46,574 nt of DNA. Origin: a virus. A program made the position numbers and the translations under genes. The stretch is taken from the IMG/VR virus record IMGVR_UViG_3300045988_007914. One strand, written 5' to 3'. The notes beneath the pieces are model-generated. The model saw only the letters and a list, made by a program, of their open reading frames with translations. It was not told where the DNA came from and did no database searches. Position 1 is the first letter of the stretch. Each line of letters starts with the position of its first letter. This document shows positions 1 through 8,867 of the stretch, piece by piece.

Positions 1-1464
1 TGGTGGAGCTGTGCGCTCAATATCCGAACTCGAGATAGTGAGCGTATTGTTCCCCGAAATGTTGAAAGTCAGTACGAGCTTACGTCCTTTGTCCCCATCA
101 TCGTACACATAAACCGAGTTGACAAGCGTGTCGATGATACGCCGCTGATACTCAACATCTTCAATATCACCCCTCTTGAACGATTCGAGCCAATACATGA
201 TTCGCTCCTTCGTCAAGAGGGGCTTTTTCATTTCCTCCCGGGCAATCTGTCCTTCGAGGTCTCTGCGTTCTTCTTCCAGCTCCTCAAGACGTTCCTTCGT
301 TGTTGGTGTGATAATGCCTTGCTCTATTGCAGACATGAGGTTCTTGATTCTCTTATTGGTCTCCTTCAATCGTTCCTGTAAACCTATGAGAATGGAGGTG
401 TCTTGAAGCTCCTTCTTAATCAGCTCCATAGCTCGAGTGGATATTTTTTCTATGTTTTCATCGGTGAGTACCTGTTGCACCGTGAACTCAACGACAGTCC
501 GCTCGAGCCATTCTTTTTTCTCGACCTTCTTCTCGCAGTTATGCTTCCTCTTACGATTCACGCACTTGTAGTAATGGTGAACCTTCCCGGTCTTTGAAGT
601 GCCGCTCTCACCCACCATAGGCTCGCCACAGTGACCGCAGAAGACCTTTGTAGTGAGTAGATAGTCCTCTATGGCTTTGGCTTTTGCCCGGGCTGTGTAG
701 TTGTGCCGGAAGGTTGCCTGTACCTTATCGAACAAGGTCTTGTCGATGATAGGAGGTACTGCGTCCTCCAAGACTACATCATCGTATCGGTACACTCCGA
801 TGTATTTATCATTTCGCAGAATCCGGGACAAGCTGTTCTTATTGAAAGCATTTCCTCGGGAGGTCTTAAAACCATGCTCATTTAACCAGTTCACAATCTG
901 CGTTTTTGATTTTCCCTCTGCATACATCGTGAAGATGGTTCTGACGGCTTTCGCTCCTACTGGGTCAATCTCATACTGACGGTCGTTTCCTATCTTATAA
1001 CCAAGCACCGGGCTTCCCATAGCGATACCGTGGAGAGCGTTCTCTTTCATACCTCGTTTGATACTCCGGGCAAGGTTCTCGCTGTAATACTCCGCATAGC
1101 CCTCGAGTACGGATTCAAGAATGATTCCCTCCGGGGTGTCCGGCATTGGCTGTTTGGCGTAGAAAATCTTCACACCGTTGCGTTTGAGCTTTGCTTTGTA
1201 AATGGCACTGTCGTACCTGTTCCGGGCGAAGCGGTCAAGGGTGTACATAATCACAGCGTCAAAATGCCCCTTCTCGCTGTCCTTGATAAGCCGCTGGAAG
1301 CTCGGTCTGTTGTCTGTCTTGCCGGAGATAGCCCGGTCAATATATTCGTCTACGACAATGAAGTCGTTCTTGAGGGCAAATTCGTGGCACTCACGAAGCT
1401 GTCCCTCGATTGATTCTTCTCGTTGGTTGTGGCTCGAGTAACGAGCATATATTACCGCTTTGAT
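1..1464 (-). CDS. int: Large serine recombinase (integrase), first 488 codons. The ORF leaves the window at base 1 and continues at 46519..46442 across the circular junction.
   Basis: Own minus-strand translation: IKAVIYARYSSHNQREESIEGQLRECHEFALKNDFIVVDEYIDRAISGKTDNRPSFQRLI (resolvase catalytic domain), then a recombinase domain, a CGHCG..HHYYKC zinc ribbon and a coiled coil. It is absent from the ORF track because it has no ATG/GTG/TTG start and no stop inside the window. The + ORFs 176..1441 are its antisense. Confidence 0.9.
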   Translation of the reverse strand, partial: MKAVIYARYSSHNQREESIEGQLRECHEFALKNDFIVVDEYIDRAISGKTDNRPSFQRLIKDSEKGHFDAVIMYTLDRFARNRYDSAIYKAKLKRNGVKIFYAKQPMPDTPEGIILESVLEGYAEYYSENLARSIKRGMKENALHGIAMGSPVLGYKIGNDRQYEIDPVGAKAVRTIFTMYAEGKSKTQIVNWLNEHGFKTSRGNAFNKNSLSRILRNDKYIGVYRYDDVVLEDAVPPIIDKTLFDKVQATFRHNYTARAKAKAIEDYLLTTKVFCGHCGEPMVGESGTSKTGKVHHYYKCVNRKRKHNCEKKVEKKEWLERTVVEFTVQQVLTDENIEKISTRAMELIKKELQDTSILIGLQERLKETNKRIKNLMSAIEQGIITPTTKERLEELEEERRDLEGQIAREEMKKPLLTKERIMYWLESFKRGDIEDVEYQRRIIDTLVNSVYVYDDGDKGRKLVLTFNISGNNTLTISSSDIERTAPP

Positions 1465-1518
1465 AGTCTCACCTCCAATATCTTCTTTCTATATATCAAA
1501 GCGAAGGGAATGACCTTA

Positions 1519-1878
1519 TCACACTGCCGCAGTTGTTCCCTTATCCCCCTCAAGCTCCTCACGGTTCTCAAATTCATAAGCCATAGACATGAACTCATGC
1601 TTCGCTCGCCGGGACAATCCTCGGTAGATACGAAGAATGTCCTCCTCGTCCTCGTTTGCTGGTTTGGTCTCGGGTAAGTCTTCCTCGTCTGCGAAGAAGT
1701 CCATGACGGAACACTTAAGCAATTTTGCCATTTCCAGCATTTCGGATTCCTTCGGTAATGACCCTTTGGTGTTGATGGCTGTTGCGAAAGAACTTGAACC
1801 CTTAACAGCTTTGACAACGGCGGTCAGATTCGTGCCTTTTTCAGCACAGATACGATTGATATTCTCTGCGAATGTCAT
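1519..1878 (-). CDS. cI-like XRE-family HTH repressor (119 aa)
   Basis: Track ORF 1519..1941 trimmed to the ATG at 1878, which is preceded by GAGGAGG. MTFAENINRICAEKGTNLTAVVKAV.. is a typical XRE helix-turn-helix. It lies upstream of int on the same strand and faces a Cro-like gene. Confidence 0.75.
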   Translation of the reverse strand: MTFAENINRICAEKGTNLTAVVKAVKGSSSFATAINTKGSLPKESEMLEMAKLLKCSVMDFFADEEDLPETKPANEDEEDILRIYRGLSRRAKHEFMSMAYEFENREELEGDKGTTAAV

Positions 1879-1927
1879 AGCGATTCCTCCTCTGCAAAAA
1901 TAAATTCGTAAAATCCGAATTTCCCTA

Positions 1928-1956
1928 TTGACAATTCGCATAATAAGAATTAGAAT
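1928..1956 (+). promoter_or_regulatory. Rightward promoter TTGACA-17-TAGAAT embedded in AATTCG/CGAATT half-sites
   Basis: TTGACA at 1928-1933, a 17-nt spacer, TAGAAT at 1951-1956. The palindrome AAATTCG-N7-CGAATTT lies at 1902-1922. Confidence 0.5.
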
Positions 1957-2055
1957 AAGAACATGAAGTTCGGGAAATGCGAATTGGCAATAAGAAAGCG
2001 ACCTCTCGAAAATGGCAGTTTTCGGGAAGTTATAGTTATTGATGGTCTTATAAGA

Positions 2056-2084
2056 ATAATAACAATAATTCGCCTATTTGTCAA
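2056..2084 (-). promoter_or_regulatory. Leftward promoter TTGACA-17-TATTAT that faces the rightward promoter
   Basis: The reverse complement of 2056-2084 reads TTGACAAATAGGCGAATTATTGTTATTAT. The spacer contains a GCGAATT half-site. Confidence 0.45.
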
Positions 2085-2133
2085 TGGCAATTCTGATTTC
2101 AAGAATTTATATCGTAAAGGAGGTAAGAGATTC

Positions 2134-2325
2134 GTGGACATTAAAGAGAGAATGGCAAACGTGGGAATGACACAGGTAGACATGATACTGGAATTGCAGA
2201 AGCGAGGTTATGCAGTTCAGCCGCCTATGATGTCAAGTATTCTCCGAGGGGTGTACACCTACCCGAAAGCAAAGCAGATTCTCGCTGTTTGCGAGGAAAT
2301 TCTCAAGGAACGTGAGAATGAATGA
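2134..2325 (+). CDS. Small Cro-like or excisionase-like DNA-binding protein (start uncertain: GTG 2134 or ATG 2152)
   Basis: 3' part of track ORF 1963..2325. AAGGAGG at 2117-2123. Its position opposite the repressor supports the call. Confidence 0.5.
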   Translation: MDIKERMANVGMTQVDMILELQKRGYAVQPPMMSSILRGVYTYPKAKQILAVCEEILKERENE

Positions 2326-2483
2326 ACCTGTCAGAAGTACAGGTAAATGACCTCGCAAGACCTTTAGTGGGTATCATCACAAAGTTTTACGCAGACCCTA
2401 AGAATGAGGAGGATTTTCAGAAATGGCTACGCAATGTAGAGGAACGAAAACAAAAAGAATCAACAGGCACAAGCTCGCTGTGA
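2322..2483 (+). CDS. Hypothetical small protein (53 aa, below the track cutoff)
   Basis: Own translation: MNLSEVQVNDLARPLVGIITKFYADPKNEEDFQKWLRNVEERKQKESTGTSSL. ATGA-type overlap with the upstream stop. It overlaps the 5' end of the next ORF. Confidence 0.3.
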   Translation: MNLSEVQVNDLARPLVGIITKFYADPKNEEDFQKWLRNVEERKQKESTGTSSL

Positions 2484-3088
2484 TTCAAGCATATATCATC
2501 ATCGGTACGTTGGTACTGATTGGCTTTATCGGTGGTCTTATCGTAGGACGAGCTACCGCTCCGAAGAAACAAGTTACCGTAACGGAGACGGTTGAAGTTC
2601 CTTCCTACGAAGCCGATTCCCTCCCGGTTGCAGAAGAAGTTACATATTTCGATGTACCACTTTCACACAGCTTACAGAGATACATCTACGAGGTGTGTGC
2701 GGACGAAAATGTTCCAGTGTCACTCGTTATCGCAATGATAGACCAAGAGAGCAAGTTCAACCCGGAAGTGGTTAGTAAGACCGGGGATTACGGTCTCATG
2801 CAGATTAACACCATCAATCACGAATGGCTGGCAGAGGAATACAGAACAGCAGATATGCTTGACCCATATCAGAATGTCTTCTGCGGAATCAAGGTCATTG
2901 GTTCGTACATTCAGAACTACAATGACTACGGTTTATCTCTGATGGCATACAACATGGGTGATTACGGTGCTAAGAAAGCATGGGAAAACGGTATCAAATC
3001 CACCTCATTCAGTGAGAGTGTTCTTGCTCTCATGCAAAAGTATGAACAGGAGGTGAATGTAAATGCCACAAATGCTGACGCTAAGTAA
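2423..3088 (+). CDS. Membrane-anchored lytic transglycosylase (SLT domain)
   Basis: N-terminal TM helix, then ..AMIDQESKFNP..YGLMQIN.. (catalytic Glu motif). GAGGAGG lies 9 nt upstream. An alternative coupled GTG start is at 2480. Confidence 0.8.
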   Translation: MATQCRGTKTKRINRHKLAVIQAYIIIGTLVLIGFIGGLIVGRATAPKKQVTVTETVEVPSYEADSLPVAEEVTYFDVPLSHSLQRYIYEVCADENVPVSLVIAMIDQESKFNPEVVSKTGDYGLMQINTINHEWLAEEYRTADMLDPYQNVFCGIKVIGSYIQNYNDYGLSLMAYNMGDYGAKKAWENGIKSTSFSESVLALMQKYEQEVNVNATNADAK

Positions 3089-3284
3089 CGGCAGACCCGA
3101 AACAATCCTATCCCCGAAGGATTTTGAGGATTTGATTGATAAGCACATGGGTATGGACTGTGCGAATTACTATCAGAATCAGATAGAACAGCTTTCAGAA
3201 CTCATTCGAGACCTTGACAGTTATGTGGACGATAAAGACGTTCACTCGACCGTCAAGGAGGTGCTGAAAGAACATGGCTACTAA
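3063..3284 (+). CDS. Hypothetical protein
   Basis: Track ORF, packed in the operon. Confidence 0.5.
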   Translation: MPQMLTLSNGRPETILSPKDFEDLIDKHMGMDCANYYQNQIEQLSELIRDLDSYVDDKDVHSTVKEVLKEHGY

Positions 3285-3672
3285 CCGAAAAATCGGTAAC
3301 AGTTTTGAGACCGAGTTCTGTGAGTTATTGTTCCAGCATGGATTTTGGTGTCACAACATGGCTCAAAACGCCGCCGGACAACCAGCAGACGTTATCGCTG
3401 TTAAAGGTAAAACGGCGTACCTCATTGACTGTAAGGTGTGTTCAAACAACCGATTCCCTCTCTCGAGAGTGGAAGAAAATCAGCATTTTGCTATGGAAAC
3501 ATGGAAAGCCTGTGGAAATGGCGAGGGCTGGTTCGCACTAAAGGTTGAGGACGAAATCATTATGATTCCTCACTTTTCAATGGTGGCTCTCTCCTATGAG
3601 AAGTCAGCTCTGAATCTGACGGACATTCGAGAGTATGGAACGCCACTGGAAAGGTGGTTGAAGAAATGCTGA
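3274..3672 (+). CDS. PD-(D/E)XK nuclease, Holliday-junction-resolvase-like
   Basis: GNSFETEF..ADVIAV..YLIDCK pattern (E..D..D/ExK). Confidence 0.6.
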   Translation: MATNRKIGNSFETEFCELLFQHGFWCHNMAQNAAGQPADVIAVKGKTAYLIDCKVCSNNRFPLSRVEENQHFAMETWKACGNGEGWFALKVEDEIIMIPHFSMVALSYEKSALNLTDIREYGTPLERWLKKC

Positions 3673-5069
3673 TTGAAGTCTCAAACACACTGACGGTCGA
3701 GAACCCTACCCCGGAAATGGTGCTGTGGTGCAAGAGAAATCTTACCATACCAAACCCGGAATATGCGAAGAAATCTCGCATGAACCTATGGCTCGGCAAC
3801 ACGCCGAAAGTCCTGTCGCTCTATGAGACCCGAGGAACAACGCTGGTACTTCCGTTTGGAACACTCCGGCTACTACCGAAGGACATATCCGATAAGGCAC
3901 TGTTCTTGAGCGAATTTGCCGCCCCTGTGAAGGTGAATTATAACGCTGATGTTCCACTCTATGACTACCAAGAAACCGCCGTACAAGCGATGGTAGCCGC
4001 CCAGTATGGGATATTACAGAGTGCCGCCGGAAGCGGTAAAACGCAGATGGGTATTGCCCTCGCCGCAAGGCTGGGACGGCGTACATTATGGCTCTGCCAC
4101 ACACTCGACCTTATTAAACAGAGTAAGGAACGAGCCAAGCTCTATATGAGTGAAGACCTCATGGGTACTATCACGGAAGGAAAAGTCAATCTCGGTGAGG
4201 GAATCACCTTCGCCACGATTCAGACGATGTGCAAGCTCGACCTCGCACAGTACCGGGACTACTGGGATTGCATTATCACAGACGAGGTACACCGGGTCAG
4301 CGGCAGTCCTACCGCCGTGACACAGTATCAAAAAGTGCTGAACAGTTTATCGGCACGACACAAGTACGGTTTGTCAGCAACGGTACACAGGTCAGACGGA
4401 ATGATTCGAGCTACCTACGCCCTTGTTGGTGAGGTCGCTTACAAAGTCCCGGACGAAGCTGTGGCTGACAAGATTATGAAGGTAGGTATCTACCCTGTGG
4501 GTACAGGGGTGCAGATAAGCCGGGAAGCCCTTAACACGGACGGAACGTTGAACTACACCAAGCTCATTACCTATCTTACCGAAAACGCCGCCCGGAATCA
4601 GCTCATTGCCGATTCCATCGAGCAGAGACCTTCTCTGATTCTGTCGGACAGGCTGAATCACCTTGAAACATTGATAAGTCTTCTCCCGGTTGATATGCAG
4701 AAGGACGCTGTGATGATAAGCGGCAAAATGACAACTAAAAAGGGCAAGGCTGAACGAGAACAGGCTCTTGAGGACATGAGGAGTGGCAAGAAGAAATACC
4801 TCTTTGCTACATACTCACTGGCGAAGGAAGGGCTGGACGTACCACGGTTGGAGCGTCTGTACCTCACCACCCCACAGAAGGACTACGCTGTGGTGACACA
4901 GAGTATCGGGCGTATCGCTCGTACCTTCGATGGAAAGTCAGACCCTATCGCCTACGATTTCGTGGACGATATAGCTTACCTCGTGAAGTCCTATAAGAAG
5001 CGATGTACGACCTATCGAAAGAACGGTTGCTACTTCGTAAAGGAAGGAGGGACAAGCCCATGCGATTGA
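3654..5069 (+). CDS. SF2 DEAD/DEAH-box DNA helicase
   Basis: Walker A AAGSGKT, motif II DEVH, helicase C-terminal domain. Confidence 0.85.
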   Translation: MVEEMLIEVSNTLTVENPTPEMVLWCKRNLTIPNPEYAKKSRMNLWLGNTPKVLSLYETRGTTLVLPFGTLRLLPKDISDKALFLSEFAAPVKVNYNADVPLYDYQETAVQAMVAAQYGILQSAAGSGKTQMGIALAARLGRRTLWLCHTLDLIKQSKERAKLYMSEDLMGTITEGKVNLGEGITFATIQTMCKLDLAQYRDYWDCIITDEVHRVSGSPTAVTQYQKVLNSLSARHKYGLSATVHRSDGMIRATYALVGEVAYKVPDEAVADKIMKVGIYPVGTGVQISREALNTDGTLNYTKLITYLTENAARNQLIADSIEQRPSLILSDRLNHLETLISLLPVDMQKDAVMISGKMTTKKGKAEREQALEDMRSGKKKYLFATYSLAKEGLDVPRLERLYLTTPQKDYAVVTQSIGRIARTFDGKSDPIAYDFVDDIAYLVKSYKKRCTTYRKNGCYFVKEGGTSPCD

Positions 5070-7567
5070 TTTCTTATGACTGTGAGGTCTTCGCCTATGA
5101 CTGGCTCGTAACCCTCAAGGATAAGGAAACAGGCGTTTACACCTGTATTTGGAACGACAACGAAGCTCTGAAAATGGCATTGTCCGATGATTGTATTTAT
5201 GTCGGTTTCAACTCGAAACACTACGACCAGTACATCATCAAAGCGATTGCCGCCGGGTTTGCCCCGGAGGAAATTAAAAAGGTCAACGATTTCATTATTG
5301 CCGGAGGGCAAGGCTGGCAGTGTCCGCTACTTGATGGTATCTACTTCCGTTTCAGCAACGTGGATATTCGAGACGATACGCAACAGGGTCTATCCCTTAA
5401 AGCTATCGAAGGACACCTCGGTATGTCGGTTAAAGAATCCAGTGTACCGTTTGACATTGACCGTCCTCTAACCCCGGAGGAAAAAGCCGAGACGGAGTTC
5501 TACTGTAAACATGACGTTGATACCGCCGAGAGACTGATTGACATTCGTAAAGACTACTTGAAGAACAAAATCAACCTCGGTCGGCTGGCTGGTCTTGATG
5601 AAGTCAAGGCAATGGGTATGACGAACGCCAAACTGACTGCGGCAATGCTGAAAGCAACCAAGAAGCCACACGATGATGAACGCAAGTATGTCTACCCGGA
5701 CAATCTGCGAAAAGAGTACATACCACCCGAGGTTTTCGCTTTCTTCGATAGAATGTATGACCTCTCCATTTCGGACAGTGAGCTTTTCAAAGGCAAGTTC
5801 AATCTGAACATCGGTGAGTGTCCTGTGACACTCGGGTATGGCGGTATTCATGGTGCAATCCCAAACTTCTTTTGGGAGGAAACCGAGGATAGAGGAATTT
5901 GGAATGAGGACGTAGGAAGCTACTACCCACACCTCTGTACCATCAATGGGTACACAAGCAGAAACATTCCGTCTCCGCAGATTTACGAGGACATTCTTGA
6001 CCGCCGAATGAAAGCGAAAGCCGCTGGCGATAAGCACACGGCGAACGCTCTGAAACTGGTTTGCAACACCACCTACGGTTGCTTGCTGAATCAGTACAAC
6101 GACCTCTACGACCCTCTCATGGGTAGGTCGGTCTGCATTTCCGGGCAGTTATATCTACTGGAACTTGCAGAGCATTGTTACCAAGAGATTGAAGGACTGC
6201 GAATTGTCCAGCTCAACACGGACGGTATCATGGTCGAGTGCGATAAGAAGGACTACGACACACTGACCGCTATCTGTGCTGAATGGCAGTCTCGTACAGG
6301 CTTTGACCTCGAGGAAGATACCGTTGTCAAGATAGCGCAGAAAGACGTAAACAACTACGTTGAGGTTCAGCCGGGCGGCAAAGCAAAAGCCAAAGGCGGC
6401 TATCTCGTGAAGGGTATCGCTCCGGCTGGTGCTTTCAATATCAATAACTCCTGTGTGATTGTGGCTACCGCTCTCAAGGAATTCTTTGTAAACGGAACGC
6501 CTGTCGAAGACACCATAAATAGTTGCGATGATATTTTCCAGTTTCAGATTATCGCCAAAGCCGGGGCGAAGTACCGAGAAGCCTATCATGTGGTGGACGG
6601 TGAAAAGCAGTCCGTTCAGAAGGTGAACCGAGTGTACGCCACAGCGGACGAGAGATACGGAAAAATCTTCAAGGTGAAAGCCGAGGACGATTCCGAAGCG
6701 AAAATAGATTCTCTCCCGGAACACTGTATCATCGACAACGATAATGAGCTTTCCATTGACGAGGTAGACAGAAGTTTCTACATCACAATGGCGAAAAAGC
6801 GAGTTGACGATTTCAAGGGTATCAAACCCGAAAAAACTAAAAAGCCAAGGAGGACAAAGAAAATGGCAACTACTACCAAGACCGCAAATGTATATCAGAA
6901 GCTCCTTACTGCAAGGGCAAAGTTCCTTGAAGCGAACGTGGAGAAGACAGGAAAGAATATGCACCTGTCCTTCAAATACTTCGAGCTTGAGGACATTGTA
7001 CCGACCGCTATCCGCATTTTCAATGAGGTTGGTCTTATCCCTGTGGTGAACTTCACCGCTGATGTTGCAGCCATGAACATCATCAACACCGACAACCCGG
7101 AGGAATCCGTACCGTTCGTTGCTCCGTTTAATCAGATTGCTCCTATCGTGAGCAACGCTGGCAAACAGGCTACAAACGAAATGCAAGCTCTCGGTTCTTC
7201 CATCACCTATATGCGCCGTTACCTGTATATGATTGCGCTGGACATTTGCGAGAGCGATTCCATTGACGCAAATCTCGGCAAGGGTGAGACTGCTTCCGCT
7301 CCGGCGGCAGAGAGAAAAGCTCCGGCTACTCCCGAACAGAGACAAGAAGTGAAACAGGAACTCACTGCTCCGGCTGACAACGCTTCTACTTTACAGATTA
7401 AGGGTCTGAAAGCAGTTCTCAAGAAGCTCAAGGACGCTGACCCGAGCAAGGAGGAACTGATTGCGAATATCGCAGTACAGACCAAGGGATTCACGGAGAT
7501 TTCCAAGTCCGATTGCGAAACGCTGATTCAGAAGATTACCGCAATGCTGGAAGGAGGGGCTAAGTAA
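5060..7567 (+). CDS. Family-B DNA polymerase continuing in frame into an ERF-type single-strand annealing domain
   Basis: Track ORF 5003..7567 trimmed to the ATG at 5060 (GGAGGG RBS). Exo motifs YDCEVF, FNSKHYD, YCKHDVD. Polymerase motifs DVGSYYPH, KLVCNTTYG, LNTDGI. There is no stop before the ERF part. Confidence 0.75.
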   Translation: MRLISYDCEVFAYDWLVTLKDKETGVYTCIWNDNEALKMALSDDCIYVGFNSKHYDQYIIKAIAAGFAPEEIKKVNDFIIAGGQGWQCPLLDGIYFRFSNVDIRDDTQQGLSLKAIEGHLGMSVKESSVPFDIDRPLTPEEKAETEFYCKHDVDTAERLIDIRKDYLKNKINLGRLAGLDEVKAMGMTNAKLTAAMLKATKKPHDDERKYVYPDNLRKEYIPPEVFAFFDRMYDLSISDSELFKGKFNLNIGECPVTLGYGGIHGAIPNFFWEETEDRGIWNEDVGSYYPHLCTINGYTSRNIPSPQIYEDILDRRMKAKAAGDKHTANALKLVCNTTYGCLLNQYNDLYDPLMGRSVCISGQLYLLELAEHCYQEIEGLRIVQLNTDGIMVECDKKDYDTLTAICAEWQSRTGFDLEEDTVVKIAQKDVNNYVEVQPGGKAKAKGGYLVKGIAPAGAFNINNSCVIVATALKEFFVNGTPVEDTINSCDDIFQFQIIAKAGAKYREAYHVVDGEKQSVQKVNRVYATADERYGKIFKVKAEDDSEAKIDSLPEHCIIDNDNELSIDEVDRSFYITMAKKRVDDFKGIKPEKTKKPRRTKKMATTTKTANVYQKLLTARAKFLEANVEKTGKNMHLSFKYFELEDIVPTAIRIFNEVGLIPVVNFTADVAAMNIINTDNPEESVPFVAPFNQIAPIVSNAGKQATNEMQALGSSITYMRRYLYMIALDICESDSIDANLGKGETASAPAAERKAPATPEQRQEVKQELTAPADNASTLQIKGLKAVLKKLKDADPSKEELIANIAVQTKGFTEISKSDCETLIQKITAMLEGGAK
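6863..7567 (+). CDS. erf: ERF-family annealase, possibly translated separately from an internal start
   Basis: AAGGAGG at 6847-6853, 9 nt before the in-frame ATG at 6863. ..SFKYFELEDIVPTAIRIFNEVGL..GSSITYMRRYLYMIALDI.. resembles P22 Erf. Confidence 0.55.
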   Translation: MATTTKTANVYQKLLTARAKFLEANVEKTGKNMHLSFKYFELEDIVPTAIRIFNEVGLIPVVNFTADVAAMNIINTDNPEESVPFVAPFNQIAPIVSNAGKQATNEMQALGSSITYMRRYLYMIALDICESDSIDANLGKGETASAPAAERKAPATPEQRQEVKQELTAPADNASTLQIKGLKAVLKKLKDADPSKEELIANIAVQTKGFTEISKSDCETLIQKITAMLEGGAK

Positions 7568-8601
7568 TGGCAGACATTAAGTGGCTCGAGGGCAATCGTA
7601 TTCAGATTGCCCCTCCAAAGAGAACCAAGAAAATCACTGGTACTCGCTTCGCTACTATCCTCGGTCTGAATCCGTGGAGTACCGCATTTGAAATGTGGTG
7701 TGCGATTACCAAGACCTATGAGAAGCCCTTCGAGGACACTATCTACACGGTCGCTGGTAAGACCATCGAACCGAAACAAGCTCGCTACATGGAGCAGTCC
7801 TACGGCATGGACATTGTTCGCCCTTCTGATGTGTGGGGGGAGGACTACTTCAATAAGACATGGGGAGATTTCTTCCCGGAGAGCAAGCACCTCGGCGGTA
7901 TGTGGGACTATCTGATGAAGGGTGAAGATGGTAAGACCATTGAAGCTGTTCTCGAAATGAAGACCACCAAACGTGCGGAGGACTGGCAGAACGATGTTCC
8001 CGAGTATTACGCATTACAGGCGGCATTATACGCTTACCTGTACGGTGTGGACGATGTGATTATGGTCGCTTCCTTCCTTGACGAGAAGGACTACAAAGAC
8101 CCGGCGGCGTATCAGCCGACCGCAAGCAACACCATTACTGTTGAGTTCAAGGTCTCCGAGCGTTACCCGGACTTCGCAGACAAGGTAGCCACTGTTGAGC
8201 AGTGGTGGGCTGATTATGTCGATACTGGTATCTCCCCGGAGTATGACGAGAAGAAGGACGCTGAAATCCTTGCGGCACTCCGCACCAACACCCTGTCTCC
8301 CGAGACTGACATTGAAGCTCTGATTGCAGAAGCCGAAGGTCTCAAGAAGGAGCTGGACGAGATTTCTGCTTCCACAGCAGACAAGGAGAAGCGTCTCAAG
8401 ACCATCAACGACATTATCAAGGAACACGCTATGGGGCAGTTCCGTGACGGTGACAAGAAGGTCGAGGTCAAGGGTTCTACCTATGTGTGGACTGTCTCTC
8501 GTTCCGAGACTACCAGCGTTGATAAGGACGCTCTGAAAGCTGACGGCTTGCTGGATAAGTACAGCAAGAAATCTGAAACCTACCGTATGACGGTTAAATA
8601 A
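7567..8601 (+). CDS. YqaJ/lambda-Exo-like recombination exonuclease with a C-terminal coiled-coil extension
   Basis: ..ITGTRFATILGLNPW.., LEMKTT. Confidence 0.8.
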   Translation: MADIKWLEGNRIQIAPPKRTKKITGTRFATILGLNPWSTAFEMWCAITKTYEKPFEDTIYTVAGKTIEPKQARYMEQSYGMDIVRPSDVWGEDYFNKTWGDFFPESKHLGGMWDYLMKGEDGKTIEAVLEMKTTKRAEDWQNDVPEYYALQAALYAYLYGVDDVIMVASFLDEKDYKDPAAYQPTASNTITVEFKVSERYPDFADKVATVEQWWADYVDTGISPEYDEKKDAEILAALRTNTLSPETDIEALIAEAEGLKKELDEISASTADKEKRLKTINDIIKEHAMGQFRDGDKKVEVKGSTYVWTVSRSETTSVDKDALKADGLLDKYSKKSETYRMTVK

Positions 8602-8614
8602 GGAGGACAAATTC

Positions 8615-8854
8615 ATGGCAAACAGTAAGGAATTGACCGAACAGGTCATGGAACTGCATAAGAAGCAGACCGAGGAAATGAAAGCTCTCGAGGAACAGCG
8701 TGAGGAAGCTCTCAAGGTTGAGAAGTACGATGAAGCCGCTGTCGAGCTTCACAATATGTATGACAGCTACATTAAGGCTGGTTTCACCGAGGAACAGGCA
8801 TGGAAATTGACGGAAATCGTCTTCACCAACAGTACGAAAAAAGGAATTTTTTAA
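8615..8854 (+). CDS. Hypothetical protein
   Basis: Track ORF with a GGAGG RBS. Confidence 0.5.
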   Translation: MANSKELTEQVMELHKKQTEEMKALEEQREEALKVEKYDEAAVELHNMYDSYIKAGFTEEQAWKLTEIVFTNSTKKGIF

Positions 8855-8867
8855 GGAGGACACTACA

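Noticed and set aside
176-1441. The + strand ORFs 176..406, 403..597, 701..979, 1030..1413 and 1202..1441
   Set aside because: They are antisense to a continuous, motif-rich large serine recombinase reading frame on the minus strand. Their translations are low-complexity and lack RBSs.
1963-2133. N-terminal 57 codons of track ORF 1963..2325
   Set aside because: This stretch spans the convergent promoter/operator region and has no RBS. The SD-supported start is at 2134 (or 2152).
6155-7345. 396-aa minus-strand ORF
   Set aside because: It is antisense to the polymerase/ERF gene, has no recognisable motifs, and no room for a promoter or RBS. This is typical of a shadow ORF.
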